From Candidatus Latescibacterota bacterium (GTDB lineage: Bacteria > Latescibacterota > UBA2968): a stretch of DNA of 64,000 bases. The stretch spans positions 5,632,001-5,696,000 of the forward strand of contig OZ242311.1 of assembly GCA_965207885.1 (NCBI GenBank). Direction: 5' to 3'. How positions within the stretch are numbered: position 1 is the stretch's first letter; the number at the start of each line of letters is the position of its first letter. This document shows positions 9,756 to 19,272 of this stretch, one piece after another. Position numbers and translations under genes: made by a program. Below the pieces are notes generated by a model that was given only the letters and a program-made list of their open reading frames with translations, did no database searches and was not told the DNA's origin.

Positions 9756-10511
9756 TCATATTTCCGCGCGTTTTTCATACACAACAAGCCCAATAATCAT
9801 AAAGATGACACCCATCAGAATGGTATAGACAAAAGGTGCTAACGCTATTTGCCCAGAAGGCGTGGGAGTAATTGAAATTTGCCCTAAAAAGTCTAATACA
9901 GTCGTCATTTGGTTGAAAAATCGAAAAAATAAAAACACAGCAATTGCAAAAAAAACAATCGCTGTCAATCCCCGATACCGCTTAACCGCAAATTTCACCC
10001 CCTCCATCCCGGTCACAACGCCGAGAATGAAAACCATATATGTCACGAGCGCCAAACCAGTTATAAAAACAAAATTCAAAAATCCTGTAACTTCTGTGTT
10101 ATCAAATGCTATAATCTGTACGTCTGGCAAGTCGGCCAACACCCAAAAATACATACCACCAATAACAATTCCACCACCTACAATGCCCTTACTCGCAACC
10201 GCAGCGATTTTTGCCAGAATCATTGTGTATTGTGATACCGGCAGTGCAAACATCTGATAATGCGTTTCTGATTTCCACTCTGCATTGAAAGCATGTGCCA
10301 GCAAAAAGGGCAGACTGAGAACAAGGGTAAAAGGAGGAAGAAGAAGAAAGAAGGACAGCTTGAGAAATTCGCCGGATGCAATTTGTTGCGAAATATCTTC
10401 TATTTCGATAAATCCATAGATATTTATCCCCACAAGCAAAAGGAGCAAAAATAAAAAAAGGGTTTTATTCGCTTTGATCTCCTTCACATACAGCGCAAAA
10501 AATGTTTTCAT
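9756..10511 (-). CDS. ABC-2 type permease, paralog 1
   Basis: Paralog of 6855-7598 and 7649-8395. Confidence 0.8.
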   Translation of the reverse strand: MKTFFALYVKEIKANKTLFLFLLLLLVGINIYGFIEIEDISQQIASGEFLKLSFFLLLPPFTLVLSLPFLLAHAFNAEWKSETHYQMFALPVSQYTMILAKIAAVASKGIVGGGIVIGGMYFWVLADLPDVQIIAFDNTEVTGFLNFVFITGLALVTYMVFILGVVTGMEGVKFAVKRYRGLTAIVFFAIAVFLFFRFFNQMTTVLDFLGQISITPTPSGQIALAPFVYTILMGVIFMIIGLVVYEKRAEI

Positions 10512-10533
10512 TTCATACTCCTTTGAAATCGCG

Positions 10534-10643
10534 ATAGACTGGATCGCGGCTCAAGTTTGCCTCTGCATGCTTTAAGCAGGGGATAATACCGCGAGGACAA
10601 CCAAAACCTTCTGGATCGCGGCTAAAATCCTGCCGCGATGACA
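10534..10643. repeat. REP-like palindromic repeat cluster (two units)
   Basis: CTGGATCGCGGC at 10539 and 10611, closing with CCGCGAGGAC and GCCGCGATGAC respectively. Confidence 0.7.
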
Positions 10644-10665
10644 CTCTCTTCTCACGTTTTACGTT

Positions 10666-12060
10666 TTACCCCTGACCTTTTTTCAACAATTCAAGAGCTG
10701 CGTTGATCAAAGGATCATCCTCTGGCTTATCGGGAAATTCAACGTGAACATCAGGTGATATACCCTTCCCTTCTAACGGCTCGCCATCGGGCGTCAAAGC
10801 CACCCACGATGGAAGAAATACAGTCACCTTATTCGCCAGGCGCACAGGCTTTGGATTGCCCGAACTGCCATAGGACTTCTCGCCCATCAGCGTGCATTGC
10901 GGCACCTGCTTCATCATCAACAAAAACGCCTCGCAACTGCTCATATTGACCGGCCCCATCAAAACGACCGTACGCCCTCGAAAACCGGGCCGAATCGGCT
11001 TCAGCGTCCGCGTCTTAATCTTGGAAAAACCAGAAGGACTGGAAGTGTCGCGATTGAGATGACCGGCATATACCACAGAACGCTCGACAAATCGACCAGC
11101 TATCTTTTTTGCCAACCGCTCGTCGCCTCCGCCGTTGAATCGAATATCCAGAATCAGTGTATCATCGGGCGACAGTCCGTCGACCCATTTCTCGGCGGCC
11201 TCAATATTCCGCTCGATATTCCGGGCAGTTTGTTGTGACCAACTTCCAATCATCAGATACGCAGGTCCATCCGGAAACCTCCCGGTAGCCACCACGCGAT
11301 TGACGGATCGAAGCTGAGGTACTATTCGTTTCAGCAACTCTCGATCCGCGTTGGGGCGAACATTGCGTCGAAAACCAGCTAATCGATCACCATCCGCATC
11401 GAGCCAAATATGCGCGTCGCGGGCGACCTCAAGAAGTTGTCCGGCAAGAATGGCAAACTGGCCGGGCGTCTTCGCATCAATCAACCGCGATTCGAACTCG
11501 GCAAACCTGGCGTCCCAATCTATGCCCCGCAGATCGCGATAGGAATACTTCTCCTCAATGGCTGACCTCAACTGCTTCAACGATTTCCGATTCTTTTCTG
11601 GATCCAAGGGTTTCACATCACCCAATGGCGCAGTCCTGAAAGAGATGGGATACGGAACCGCGGGAAGCCCATTGGTTCCTCGAAAATTCTGATGGCGTTT
11701 CGAGTTAATACCCAGGCTGTATTCGCGGCTCGGCTTGAGTTTCACAGGCAGAACAATGGTCGTATCAGAAATCCACCGGGGCTTTCCGACAACCTCTGGG
11801 AGCATAGATTTGTTCCCTATAATCGTAAACGAATAGCCTCTTTTGGTATCCATAGGCTGGTCAAAAGTAACGTGCAATTCCGTCGTAGCGGCATCTACCG
11901 ACTGCGCGCCGTTCTCCGGCACAGTCCGCACCACACGAGGCGGTTCCTCGGCACCTGCGGTCATGCATCCGATGAACAAACAGAAGCCCAACAGTGTGCG
12001 ACGCGCTGTTGCGAACATCCCGAGACCAGAGCGATAGGACTTAAAATATCGAGTAGTCAT
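10666..12060 (-). CDS. Secreted Ig-like (Big_5) + S41 family peptidase
   Basis: Start moved to MTTRYF (GGAGGG RBS). PPRVVRTVPENGA...VTFDQPMD (Big_5), RDAH, LDIRFNGGG and catalytic NMSSCEAF. Confidence 0.85.
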   Translation of the reverse strand: MTTRYFKSYRSGLGMFATARRTLLGFCLFIGCMTAGAEEPPRVVRTVPENGAQSVDAATTELHVTFDQPMDTKRGYSFTIIGNKSMLPEVVGKPRWISDTTIVLPVKLKPSREYSLGINSKRHQNFRGTNGLPAVPYPISFRTAPLGDVKPLDPEKNRKSLKQLRSAIEEKYSYRDLRGIDWDARFAEFESRLIDAKTPGQFAILAGQLLEVARDAHIWLDADGDRLAGFRRNVRPNADRELLKRIVPQLRSVNRVVATGRFPDGPAYLMIGSWSQQTARNIERNIEAAEKWVDGLSPDDTLILDIRFNGGGDERLAKKIAGRFVERSVVYAGHLNRDTSSPSGFSKIKTRTLKPIRPGFRGRTVVLMGPVNMSSCEAFLLMMKQVPQCTLMGEKSYGSSGNPKPVRLANKVTVFLPSWVALTPDGEPLEGKGISPDVHVEFPDKPEDDPLINAALELLKKGQG

Positions 12061-12097
12061 TTGACCCTCCAATCGAGTGAAAAACCAGTGGCGTCTT

Positions 12098-12140
12098 AGT
12101 GTTCTGCCTAAATAATACACTGATACGCCTCAACTGTCAA
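12098..12140 (-). promoter_or_regulatory. sigma70 promoter overlapped by a YtrA-type operator
   Basis: Minus strand TTGACA(12140-12135)-17 nt-TATTAT(12117-12112) with an extended TG. The inverted repeat AGTGTT-N12-TACACT (12098-12121) covers the -10 element. Confidence 0.7.
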
Positions 12141-12150
12141 GCGAAAAAAT

Positions 12151-12186
12151 AAAAAACTCCTCAAAACCCGAAGGCTTTGAGGAGTT
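12151..12186 (-). terminator. Rho-independent terminator
   Basis: AACTCCTCAAA/TTTGAGGAGTT stem with a T-run on the minus strand, downstream of 12209-13585. Confidence 0.7.
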
Positions 12187-12208
12187 AAATGAGGAGTATG
12201 CTTAATAA

Positions 12209-13585
12209 TCATCGCCCCTTCCACATCCTGGCCCGGTTCATGAAAATCAGAGGATCCTGTCGCCACTCTCCATAGCCGATGCGTTGGTCATCTGTCAGAT
12301 AATTGATCTTATCATCGATGCAAGCAGCGAGATCCGAATCCTCCACATCAAGCGTAAAACCACCATACTCAACCGCAGCATCAAGAGCAGTCACCACAAA
12401 CGCACCACCCGAAGCGTGAACCGCATCGCGGTTGCCGACCTCCCCTCGGGCAAGCGCATCTACCCTACCAGACGCAAGCGCACCGAGTAATTCATCTTCC
12501 CCCAGATAAACCACCTGCGGCATCGTATCTACAGCCGGGAAAATGCGCTGCCTGCCCTCGAGATTCGGCGACGCGCCAGCAGCAGTAATAAAATAATCTG
12601 CACTCCCATCGGCGACCACCGTATCCGTCTGCGTTTCAACGCGCACACCCTCAGCCAAAACACCATCGGCATTGACGAGACCTGTCAGCACCAGCAAACG
12701 CGCCTCACCCGTCGTACTCGCCAGCACCCCCACGCGCACATCGCTCGTCAAATCGTCGTGACTCGCCCAGCGCGCCCCATCTTCGGCACGCACCAAAAGC
12801 GACTGCCGAAACACAATATGCCCCGAAGTAAAAGTCACCACCTGATTACCCATCTCATCGCGGGTTCGAGAATCCAGAATCGTAATACCACCGCCGACAA
12901 CATCGTATTCCGGACCAGCCGACAGCAGCCAGATATTGGGCCACTCCGAGATACCTCGACGGGAAAACGACAACCCCGCACCATCCATAGCCTCAAGAGC
13001 CGTCAACAAATCCGCCTCATAACCCACATGTGTATTAAACCCGGCAGAATTCGGATCGGGATCTGCACTGGAACTAACCGGCGAAAAAAAAGCGAAAAAA
13101 CCAAAATTGAGCACGCGATCCGCACAAGCCGACGACGGAGACATCCTCGTCACCTGCGCCCTCCCCCCAACGGGCAAATTGACCACCACCTCATCGCCGG
13201 CATTAATCGGAATACTCGACCATAAACCGATCACGCGCCCATCCTGCGATACACGCGCCTGATAATAACCCGTCGCATCGCCCGCAATCTCCAACCGCAC
13301 CCGACCATCTTCATCCGTCATCCCCGACCACGCATACTCTGCCACCTGCCCCGCAACAGAACGCGCAAACTCTACCATTGCACCACTTATGGGCGCAGCA
13401 TCCTCTCGCACAGAAGCCACCACCACAGCCCCTGACGCATTGTTTTGCACCGCCAACTTACTCAGCGGCTGTCTAACCTGCTCATCGACTTCCATCATCA
13501 CGCGCTCGCCACCACAGTGCCACATCAATCCAGCGACAAGGACCAGTACAACCACACTACCAAACCCTTTCATCATAACAATCAT
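12209..13585 (-). CDS. Lipoprotein with an N-terminal carboxypeptidase-like beta domain and a family-3 (amino-acid) solute-binding domain
   Basis: Hydrophobic leader ending in Cys (LMWHCGG), then GYEADLL...YDVVGGGITI...R and VGVLASTTGE as in SBP_bac_3. Confidence 0.65.
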   Translation of the reverse strand: MIVMMKGFGSVVVLVLVAGLMWHCGGERVMMEVDEQVRQPLSKLAVQNNASGAVVVASVREDAAPISGAMVEFARSVAGQVAEYAWSGMTDEDGRVRLEIAGDATGYYQARVSQDGRVIGLWSSIPINAGDEVVVNLPVGGRAQVTRMSPSSACADRVLNFGFFAFFSPVSSSADPDPNSAGFNTHVGYEADLLTALEAMDGAGLSFSRRGISEWPNIWLLSAGPEYDVVGGGITILDSRTRDEMGNQVVTFTSGHIVFRQSLLVRAEDGARWASHDDLTSDVRVGVLASTTGEARLLVLTGLVNADGVLAEGVRVETQTDTVVADGSADYFITAAGASPNLEGRQRIFPAVDTMPQVVYLGEDELLGALASGRVDALARGEVGNRDAVHASGGAFVVTALDAAVEYGGFTLDVEDSDLAACIDDKINYLTDDQRIGYGEWRQDPLIFMNRARMWKGR

Positions 13586-13632
13586 CCTTATACTAATTGG
13601 TCAGTCAAAAAAAATTAGCTAACATTTTTCTA

Positions 13633-13740
13633 ATAGACTGGATTGCGGCTAAAATCATGCCGCAATGACAACCGTCGTTCGTCACGCCCCTGCTTAAGGC
13701 ATACAGGAGCAGGCTCTGCATGTTTTAAGCAGGCGTCCAC
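13633..13740. repeat. REP-like palindromic repeat cluster
   Basis: CTGGATTGCGGCTAAAATCATGCCGCAATGAC (13638-13669) plus CTCTGCATGTTTTAAGCAGG, the same family as at 8.46 and 10.54 kb. Confidence 0.7.
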
Positions 13741-13749
13741 CAGATACAC

Positions 13750-13947
13750 TCACTCATCTCTCTTGTGCTTCATCCTTTGATAGCGCGTCACCTGATTTTT
13801 ATTTTTTACAAAAGCAACCACAACGATCACCACAAACACACCAATAGCCAACAGACTTCCCACCTCTTTTTTTGGATGATCCATCCACCACGCCAGAGCA
13901 ATCACTGCCCCAACGGATATGCCAGCCATCACGATCTCGCGTATCAT
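13750..13947 (-). CDS. Small two-TM membrane protein
   Basis: 65 aa with two hydrophobic segments, a basic C-tail and a GAAGGGG RBS-like sequence. Confidence 0.45.
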   Translation of the reverse strand: MIREIVMAGISVGAVIALAWWMDHPKKEVGSLLAIGVFVVIVVVAFVKNKNQVTRYQRMKHKRDE

Positions 13948-14095
13948 TTGCTCGCCCCTTCAAAAATGTAATACCTTCAAACCTCTTCGCATCCACCAAA
14001 AAATACACCATCGACAAATTTCAGTCCACACAAAAAGATCAACATAGGCACAGGAACAAGTAACACTATCATTTATATAATTTTATGTGTATCTT

Positions 14096-15293
14096 CATAG
14101 TACACGACAAAAAATAAAAGACCTGTGAAAAAAGCTAAAAAGAGTTAGGTTTGAATGTCCCAAGACAAACCTTTCTCATCTTAACAAGGCACAGGTCTAT
14201 GTCTCCTGAAACTATTGAACTTCAAACGATTATGCAAGGATATTTTCACTGGCATAAAGCCCGAATAACGTTTACCGCTGCGTTCATATTGTCGCTGATA
14301 AAATTGCGTAGCGTCAATTTTATGAAACTGGCAAACGCACTCAATGGAACCGTCAAGCAGAAATCTAATTATCGTCGTATCCAACGCTTCTTTGCCCACT
14401 TTGCCTTACCCTATGCGTGTGTGAGACAATTGATCTTGCACTTATTACCTATAAAGTCGGATTTTATAGTCTCAATAGATCGCACCAATTGGAAGTTGGG
14501 AAAATTCAATATCAACATCCTAACCGCAGGCATTATCTATGAAGGGGTCGCCTTTCCTATCTGTTGGCACTTGTTAAAAAAACGGGGCAATTCCAATAGT
14601 GATGAGCGTATCCATTTGATGCAAGAAATGCTCAACTGCATCTGCAAATCGCATATCCGCGTTGTCGTCGCAGACAGAGAATTTATTGGAAGAGAATGGT
14701 TTAGGTGGTTAGACACACAAAATATACCCTTTGTTATTCGCATCAAGGAAAACGCTCTTGTCTCATCAGGCGGTAGAGAGATCCCCATAAGAAAACGGTT
14801 TGAAAATCTTAATATCCATCAGCAGGTCAACTTGTGCAAACGCCACCGCGTTTATGACCTGCCTGTATATCTGTCTGCACTAAGATTGAAGGACCAATAC
14901 CTCATTCTTGCCAGCAACCAAAAAGGTCAAGCCGCATTGGATACCTATAAAAAACGATGGGGCATTGAAGTCCTTTTTGCCAATCTTAAAAGTCGAGGAT
15001 TTAATCTGGAAGAGACCCATCTTATACATCAAGACCGCATTGAGAAACTCATCGCGCTTTTGGCCATTGCCTGCATCTGGGCGCATATCATCGGCGAATG
15101 GATAGCAAAAACAAATCCTTTGACGATCAAAAATCACGGGCGGATGGAGAAAAGTCTCTTCCGATATGGGTTGGACTATTTGCAGTATGTCCTGCTCAAT
15201 ATAAACCAACAAACCCAACAGTTCCTCATATGCATTCGTTTACTGAGTAATCCGCCACTGTTTAAAACAATTTAAGTTTTGTCGTGTACCATG
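14096..15293 (+). mobile_element. IS4-family insertion sequence, intact, 1198 bp
   Basis: 17-bp terminal inverted repeats CATAGTACACGACAAAA / TTTTGTCGTGTACCATG (1 mismatch) and a perfect 9-bp target duplication GTGTATCTT at 14087-14095 and 15294-15302. Confidence 0.92.
14151..15275 (+). CDS. IS4 family DDE transposase
   Basis: SIDRTNW, VADREF and YKKRWGIEVLFANLK (YREK motif). The start may be MSPET at 14199. Confidence 0.92.
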   Translation: MNVPRQTFLILTRHRSMSPETIELQTIMQGYFHWHKARITFTAAFILSLIKLRSVNFMKLANALNGTVKQKSNYRRIQRFFAHFALPYACVRQLILHLLPIKSDFIVSIDRTNWKLGKFNINILTAGIIYEGVAFPICWHLLKKRGNSNSDERIHLMQEMLNCICKSHIRVVVADREFIGREWFRWLDTQNIPFVIRIKENALVSSGGREIPIRKRFENLNIHQQVNLCKRHRVYDLPVYLSALRLKDQYLILASNQKGQAALDTYKKRWGIEVLFANLKSRGFNLEETHLIHQDRIEKLIALLAIACIWAHIIGEWIAKTNPLTIKNHGRMEKSLFRYGLDYLQYVLLNINQQTQQFLICIRLLSNPPLFKTI

Positions 15294-15309
15294 GTGTATC
15301 TTAAAAACC

Positions 15310-15344
15310 CTTCTAACTTCACACTTCTAACTTCTAACTTCACA
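15310..15344 (+). repeat. Five tandem heptamers (CTTCTAA/CTTCACA) abutting the hen1 start codon
   Basis: CTTCTAA CTTCACA CTTCTAA CTTCTAA CTTCACA. The final A is the A of the hen1 ATG. Confidence 0.8.
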
Positions 15345-16705
15345 TGCTCTTAACCATCACAACCACATACAACCCCGCAACCGACCTGGGCTATCTGCTG
15401 CACAAACACCCTAGACGAGCGCAAACGTTTGACTTGTCTTTTGGTCGCGCACATGTATTTTATCCCGAAGCCACAGATAAAAAATGCACGGCTGCCCTAT
15501 TGCTCGACCTCGACACCATTGGCCTCAAACGCCGTCGCCAAAACACCTTTGCACTTCGCGATTACGTCACTGACCGGCCCTATGTCGCCTCCTCGTTCAC
15601 CAGCGTAGCCATCGCCCGCGTATTTGGCAGCGCGCTCAAAGGCCAGTGCGCCGACCGGCCCGACCTCGTTACCCGGCCCATCCCCTTGTGCGCGGAAATC
15701 CACGTTCTACCGTGTCGCGGTGGCGACCAACTGCTCAACGACCTGTTTCAGCCATTGGGATATAAAGTCACAGCCAAACCGCACCACCTCGATGAAAAAT
15801 TCTCAGAATGGGGGTACAGCCCGTATTATACCGTCGCACTCGAAGCGAACATCCCACTAAAAGACCTGCTCACCCATCTCTACGTCCTCATCCCCGTACT
15901 CGACGACGACAAACACTACTTCGTCAGCCAATCTGAAATCGACACCCTGATGCGCCGCGGCGAAGGCTGGCTATCAGACCATCCCAAACGCGACCTCATC
16001 ATAGACCGATATCTCAGACACCAGCGCATCCTCACCCAGGAAGCCTATCGCCTTATGGATGAACAACCCTTAGAGCGCAATATCAAAGACAACGAACTCG
16101 TCGTCGAAAACAACCTCAGGCTGAACCAGCAACGGCACAATGCCGTACTCAAAGAACTCGAAATCAGCGGCGCACAACGCGTACTCGATCTCGGCTGCGG
16201 TGAAGGTCACTTCACACAAGTCTTGTCAGAACGCGCCCAATTCACCAAAATCCTCGGCATGGAAGTTTCACACCATGCCTTGAGCCGCGCTCACAAACGC
16301 CTTGAGCAACCCATACAGCGCAACCGCATCGAACTCATTCACGGATCGCTATTCTACCGCGACACGCGCCTCGACGGCTATGACGCCGCAGTACTCTTAG
16401 AAGTCGTCGAACATCTCGACCCATCGCGACTACCTGTCTTCGAACGCGTCGTATTTGAATATGCCCATCCCAACACCGTCATCATCACCACCCCAAACGC
16501 CGACTTCAACACGCGCTGGGAATCTCTTCCTGCCGGGCAATTTCGCCATCCCGATCACCGCTTTGAGTGGTCGCGCAAACAATTTCAACACTGGACACAA
16601 AACGTCGAAAAAAAATTCAATTACCACACAACAATCAAACCCATCGGTCCCGTAGATCCCAAAGCAGGCCCGCCAACGCAAATGGCCGTATTTAATACAA
16701 AATAA
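15344..16705 (+). CDS. hen1: 3'-terminal RNA ribose 2'-O-methyltransferase Hen1
   Basis: MLLTITTT..PATDLGYLLHKHP N-terminus, VLDLGCGEG SAM motif, EVVEH and FRHPDHRFEW. Directly upstream of pnkp. Confidence 0.95.
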   Translation: MLLTITTTYNPATDLGYLLHKHPRRAQTFDLSFGRAHVFYPEATDKKCTAALLLDLDTIGLKRRRQNTFALRDYVTDRPYVASSFTSVAIARVFGSALKGQCADRPDLVTRPIPLCAEIHVLPCRGGDQLLNDLFQPLGYKVTAKPHHLDEKFSEWGYSPYYTVALEANIPLKDLLTHLYVLIPVLDDDKHYFVSQSEIDTLMRRGEGWLSDHPKRDLIIDRYLRHQRILTQEAYRLMDEQPLERNIKDNELVVENNLRLNQQRHNAVLKELEISGAQRVLDLGCGEGHFTQVLSERAQFTKILGMEVSHHALSRAHKRLEQPIQRNRIELIHGSLFYRDTRLDGYDAAVLLEVVEHLDPSRLPVFERVVFEYAHPNTVIITTPNADFNTRWESLPAGQFRHPDHRFEWSRKQFQHWTQNVEKKFNYHTTIKPIGPVDPKAGPPTQMAVFNTK

Positions 16706-16716
16706 ACAAATAAACC

Positions 16717-19254
16717 ATGAACATCACACTCCCCGAAATCTCCCTCGTCGTCCTCATCGGCGTATCTGGTTCTGGCAAATCCACATTTGCCAAAACCCAC
16801 TTCAAACCGACCGAAGTCCTCTCCTCCGACTACTTCCGCGGACTCATCAGCGACGACGAAACCGATCAGACCATCACAAAAGAGGCATTTGAAACCCTCC
16901 ACTACGTGGCAGCCAAACGCCTCGCCAATTACAAACTCACCGTTATCGACGCCACCAGCGTACAGGAAAGTGCCCGCAAACCCCTCGTCGCACTGGCCAA
17001 ACAACATCACGTCTTCCCCATCGCCATCGTCCTCGACATGCCCGAAGACCTCTGCCGCGAGCGCAACAAACACCGCCCAGACCGCAACTTTGCGCATCGC
17101 GTTATCGCACAACAACGCCATCAACTCCGCCGCTCGTTCAGACGCCTCAAACGCGAGGGATTTCGCCGCATCTACACCCTGCGCTCAGAAGAGGAAATCC
17201 AGCGCGTGTGTGTCACACGCGAAAAAGTTTGGCCCAACCGCCGCGACGAACGCGGCCCCTTTGACATCATCGGCGATGTACACGGCTGTTACGACGAACT
17301 CCTCGCGCTACTCGACAAACTCGGCTACGACATTCAGTCCAACCATATAGCACCACCGCCAGGGCGCAAAGCCATCTTTCTCGGCGACCTCGTAGATCGC
17401 GGTCCCAAAACACCCCAGGTGCTCGACCTCGTCATGCAAATGGTCGATTCCGGCGGCGCCCTCTGCATCCCCGGCAATCACGACACGCGCCTCGTTCGCG
17501 CGCTACAGGGCAAAAAGGTCAGACCCACTTATGGCCTTTCCGAAACCCTCGAACAGCTCGAATCATATCCCATTGAAGACCACAAACGCTATGCAAAATT
17601 CCTCGACAGCCTCGTCAGCCACTACATACTCGACGACGGCAACCTCATCGTTGCACACGCCGGAATGAAAGAAGAACTCGCCGGACGCACCTCGGGCACC
17701 GTGCGCGCCTTCGCGCTATATGGCGAAACCACGGGTGAAACCGACGAATTTGGTCTCCCCATCCGCCTCAATTGGGCGGCGCGATATCGCGGCACAGCCA
17801 CCGTCGTCTATGGACACACCCCCGTATCCGATCCCGAATGGCTCAACAACACCATCAACATCGACACGGGCTGCGCCTATGGCGGCGCACTCACAGCCCT
17901 GCGCTATCCCGAAAAAGAATGCGTTTCCGTACCCGCGCTCAAAACATATAGCAAACCCTCGCGTCCTCTTACCTCTCAGACCACGCGCTCCGCACAGCAA
18001 ACGCACGACGACATGCTCGACATCGACGACGTCAGCGGCAAACGCGCTGTAGATACCTTTCTCATCCCGCGCATCACCATCCGCGAAGAACACGCCACAG
18101 CCGCACTCGAAATCATGAGCCGCTACGCCATCGACCCCAAATGGCTGATCTACCTGCCGCCGACCATGTCCCCATCAAAACCCAGTTCGCGTCCCAATAT
18201 CCTCGAACACCCCGATGAAGCTTATGCCTACTACAGAGAAAACAACATCACTCAGGTCATAGCAGAAGAAAAACACATGGGATCCCGCGCCATTGTCATC
18301 CTGTGCAAAAATGACGAAGTTGCCCGCACGCGTTTTGGCCTATCCGAACCCGCACCCGGCGCGTGCTATACCCGAACAGGCCGCGCCTTCTTTGACGATA
18401 CAGCCCTCGAAACCGCATTCCTTTCCCGTCTCCAAAACGCCGTCTCCAAAGCCAACCTCTGGAATAGCCTCAACACCACATGGATAGCTCTCGACTGCGA
18501 ACTCATGCCCTGGTCTGCGCGCGCACAACAACTATTGCAAGAACAATATGCAGCTGTCGGTGCCTCTGCCCGTGCCTCGCTCAACGCCACCATCGAGGCC
18601 CTCAACGCCACCGCGACCAACAACATCGACGTCGCCGATTGGCTCGCCAAATACAGAGCCAGTTCACAGCGCATCGACCACTACATCCACGCGTACCGCG
18701 CCTACTGCTGGCCCGTTCACAATCTCACAGACCTCAAACTCGCGCCCTTTCACATCCTCGCCACAGAAGGAAGCGTTCACCACAACCATCCACACACCTA
18801 TCACATGGAAACCCTCTCAAAACTGTGTGTGGCTGATCCCGAACTCCTCCATGCCACGTCATACCGCGTCGTCGATCTCAACGACACACAAAGTTGTGCC
18901 AACACCACTGCATGGTGGAAAGAAAAAACAGCACAGGGCAGCGAGGGCATGGTCGTCAAACCCATAGATTTTATTGCGCAAAATAAAAAAGGCCGGCTGA
19001 TCCAGCCCGCCATCAAATGCAGAGGACGCGAATACCTCCGCATCATCTACGGTCCCGAATACACCACCCCCGAAAATCTCGAAAAATTGCGCTGGCGCAA
19101 TGTCAAAACCAAGCAATCCCTCGCCCTGCGCGAATTTGCCCTGGGCCTCGAAGCCCTCAGCCGCTTCGTTCAAAACGAGCCCCTGCGCCGCATCCACGAA
19201 TGCGTCTTTGGCGTCCTCGCGCTCGAAACAGAGCCCGTGGATCCGCGGCTGTAG
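16717..19254 (+). CDS. pnkp: Polynucleotide kinase-phosphatase-ligase Pnkp (bacterial RNA repair)
   Basis: P-loop GVSGSGKST, metallophosphoesterase motifs GDVHG/GDLVDRG/GNHD, ligase motifs EEKHMGSR and EGMVVKP, and C-terminal EPVDPRL. Confidence 0.95.
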   Translation: MNITLPEISLVVLIGVSGSGKSTFAKTHFKPTEVLSSDYFRGLISDDETDQTITKEAFETLHYVAAKRLANYKLTVIDATSVQESARKPLVALAKQHHVFPIAIVLDMPEDLCRERNKHRPDRNFAHRVIAQQRHQLRRSFRRLKREGFRRIYTLRSEEEIQRVCVTREKVWPNRRDERGPFDIIGDVHGCYDELLALLDKLGYDIQSNHIAPPPGRKAIFLGDLVDRGPKTPQVLDLVMQMVDSGGALCIPGNHDTRLVRALQGKKVRPTYGLSETLEQLESYPIEDHKRYAKFLDSLVSHYILDDGNLIVAHAGMKEELAGRTSGTVRAFALYGETTGETDEFGLPIRLNWAARYRGTATVVYGHTPVSDPEWLNNTINIDTGCAYGGALTALRYPEKECVSVPALKTYSKPSRPLTSQTTRSAQQTHDDMLDIDDVSGKRAVDTFLIPRITIREEHATAALEIMSRYAIDPKWLIYLPPTMSPSKPSSRPNILEHPDEAYAYYRENNITQVIAEEKHMGSRAIVILCKNDEVARTRFGLSEPAPGACYTRTGRAFFDDTALETAFLSRLQNAVSKANLWNSLNTTWIALDCELMPWSARAQQLLQEQYAAVGASARASLNATIEALNATATNNIDVADWLAKYRASSQRIDHYIHAYRAYCWPVHNLTDLKLAPFHILATEGSVHHNHPHTYHMETLSKLCVADPELLHATSYRVVDLNDTQSCANTTAWWKEKTAQGSEGMVVKPIDFIAQNKKGRLIQPAIKCRGREYLRIIYGPEYTTPENLEKLRWRNVKTKQSLALREFALGLEALSRFVQNEPLRRIHECVFGVLALETEPVDPRL

Positions 19255-19272
19255 TCAGGAAGGAGGTCGCAA

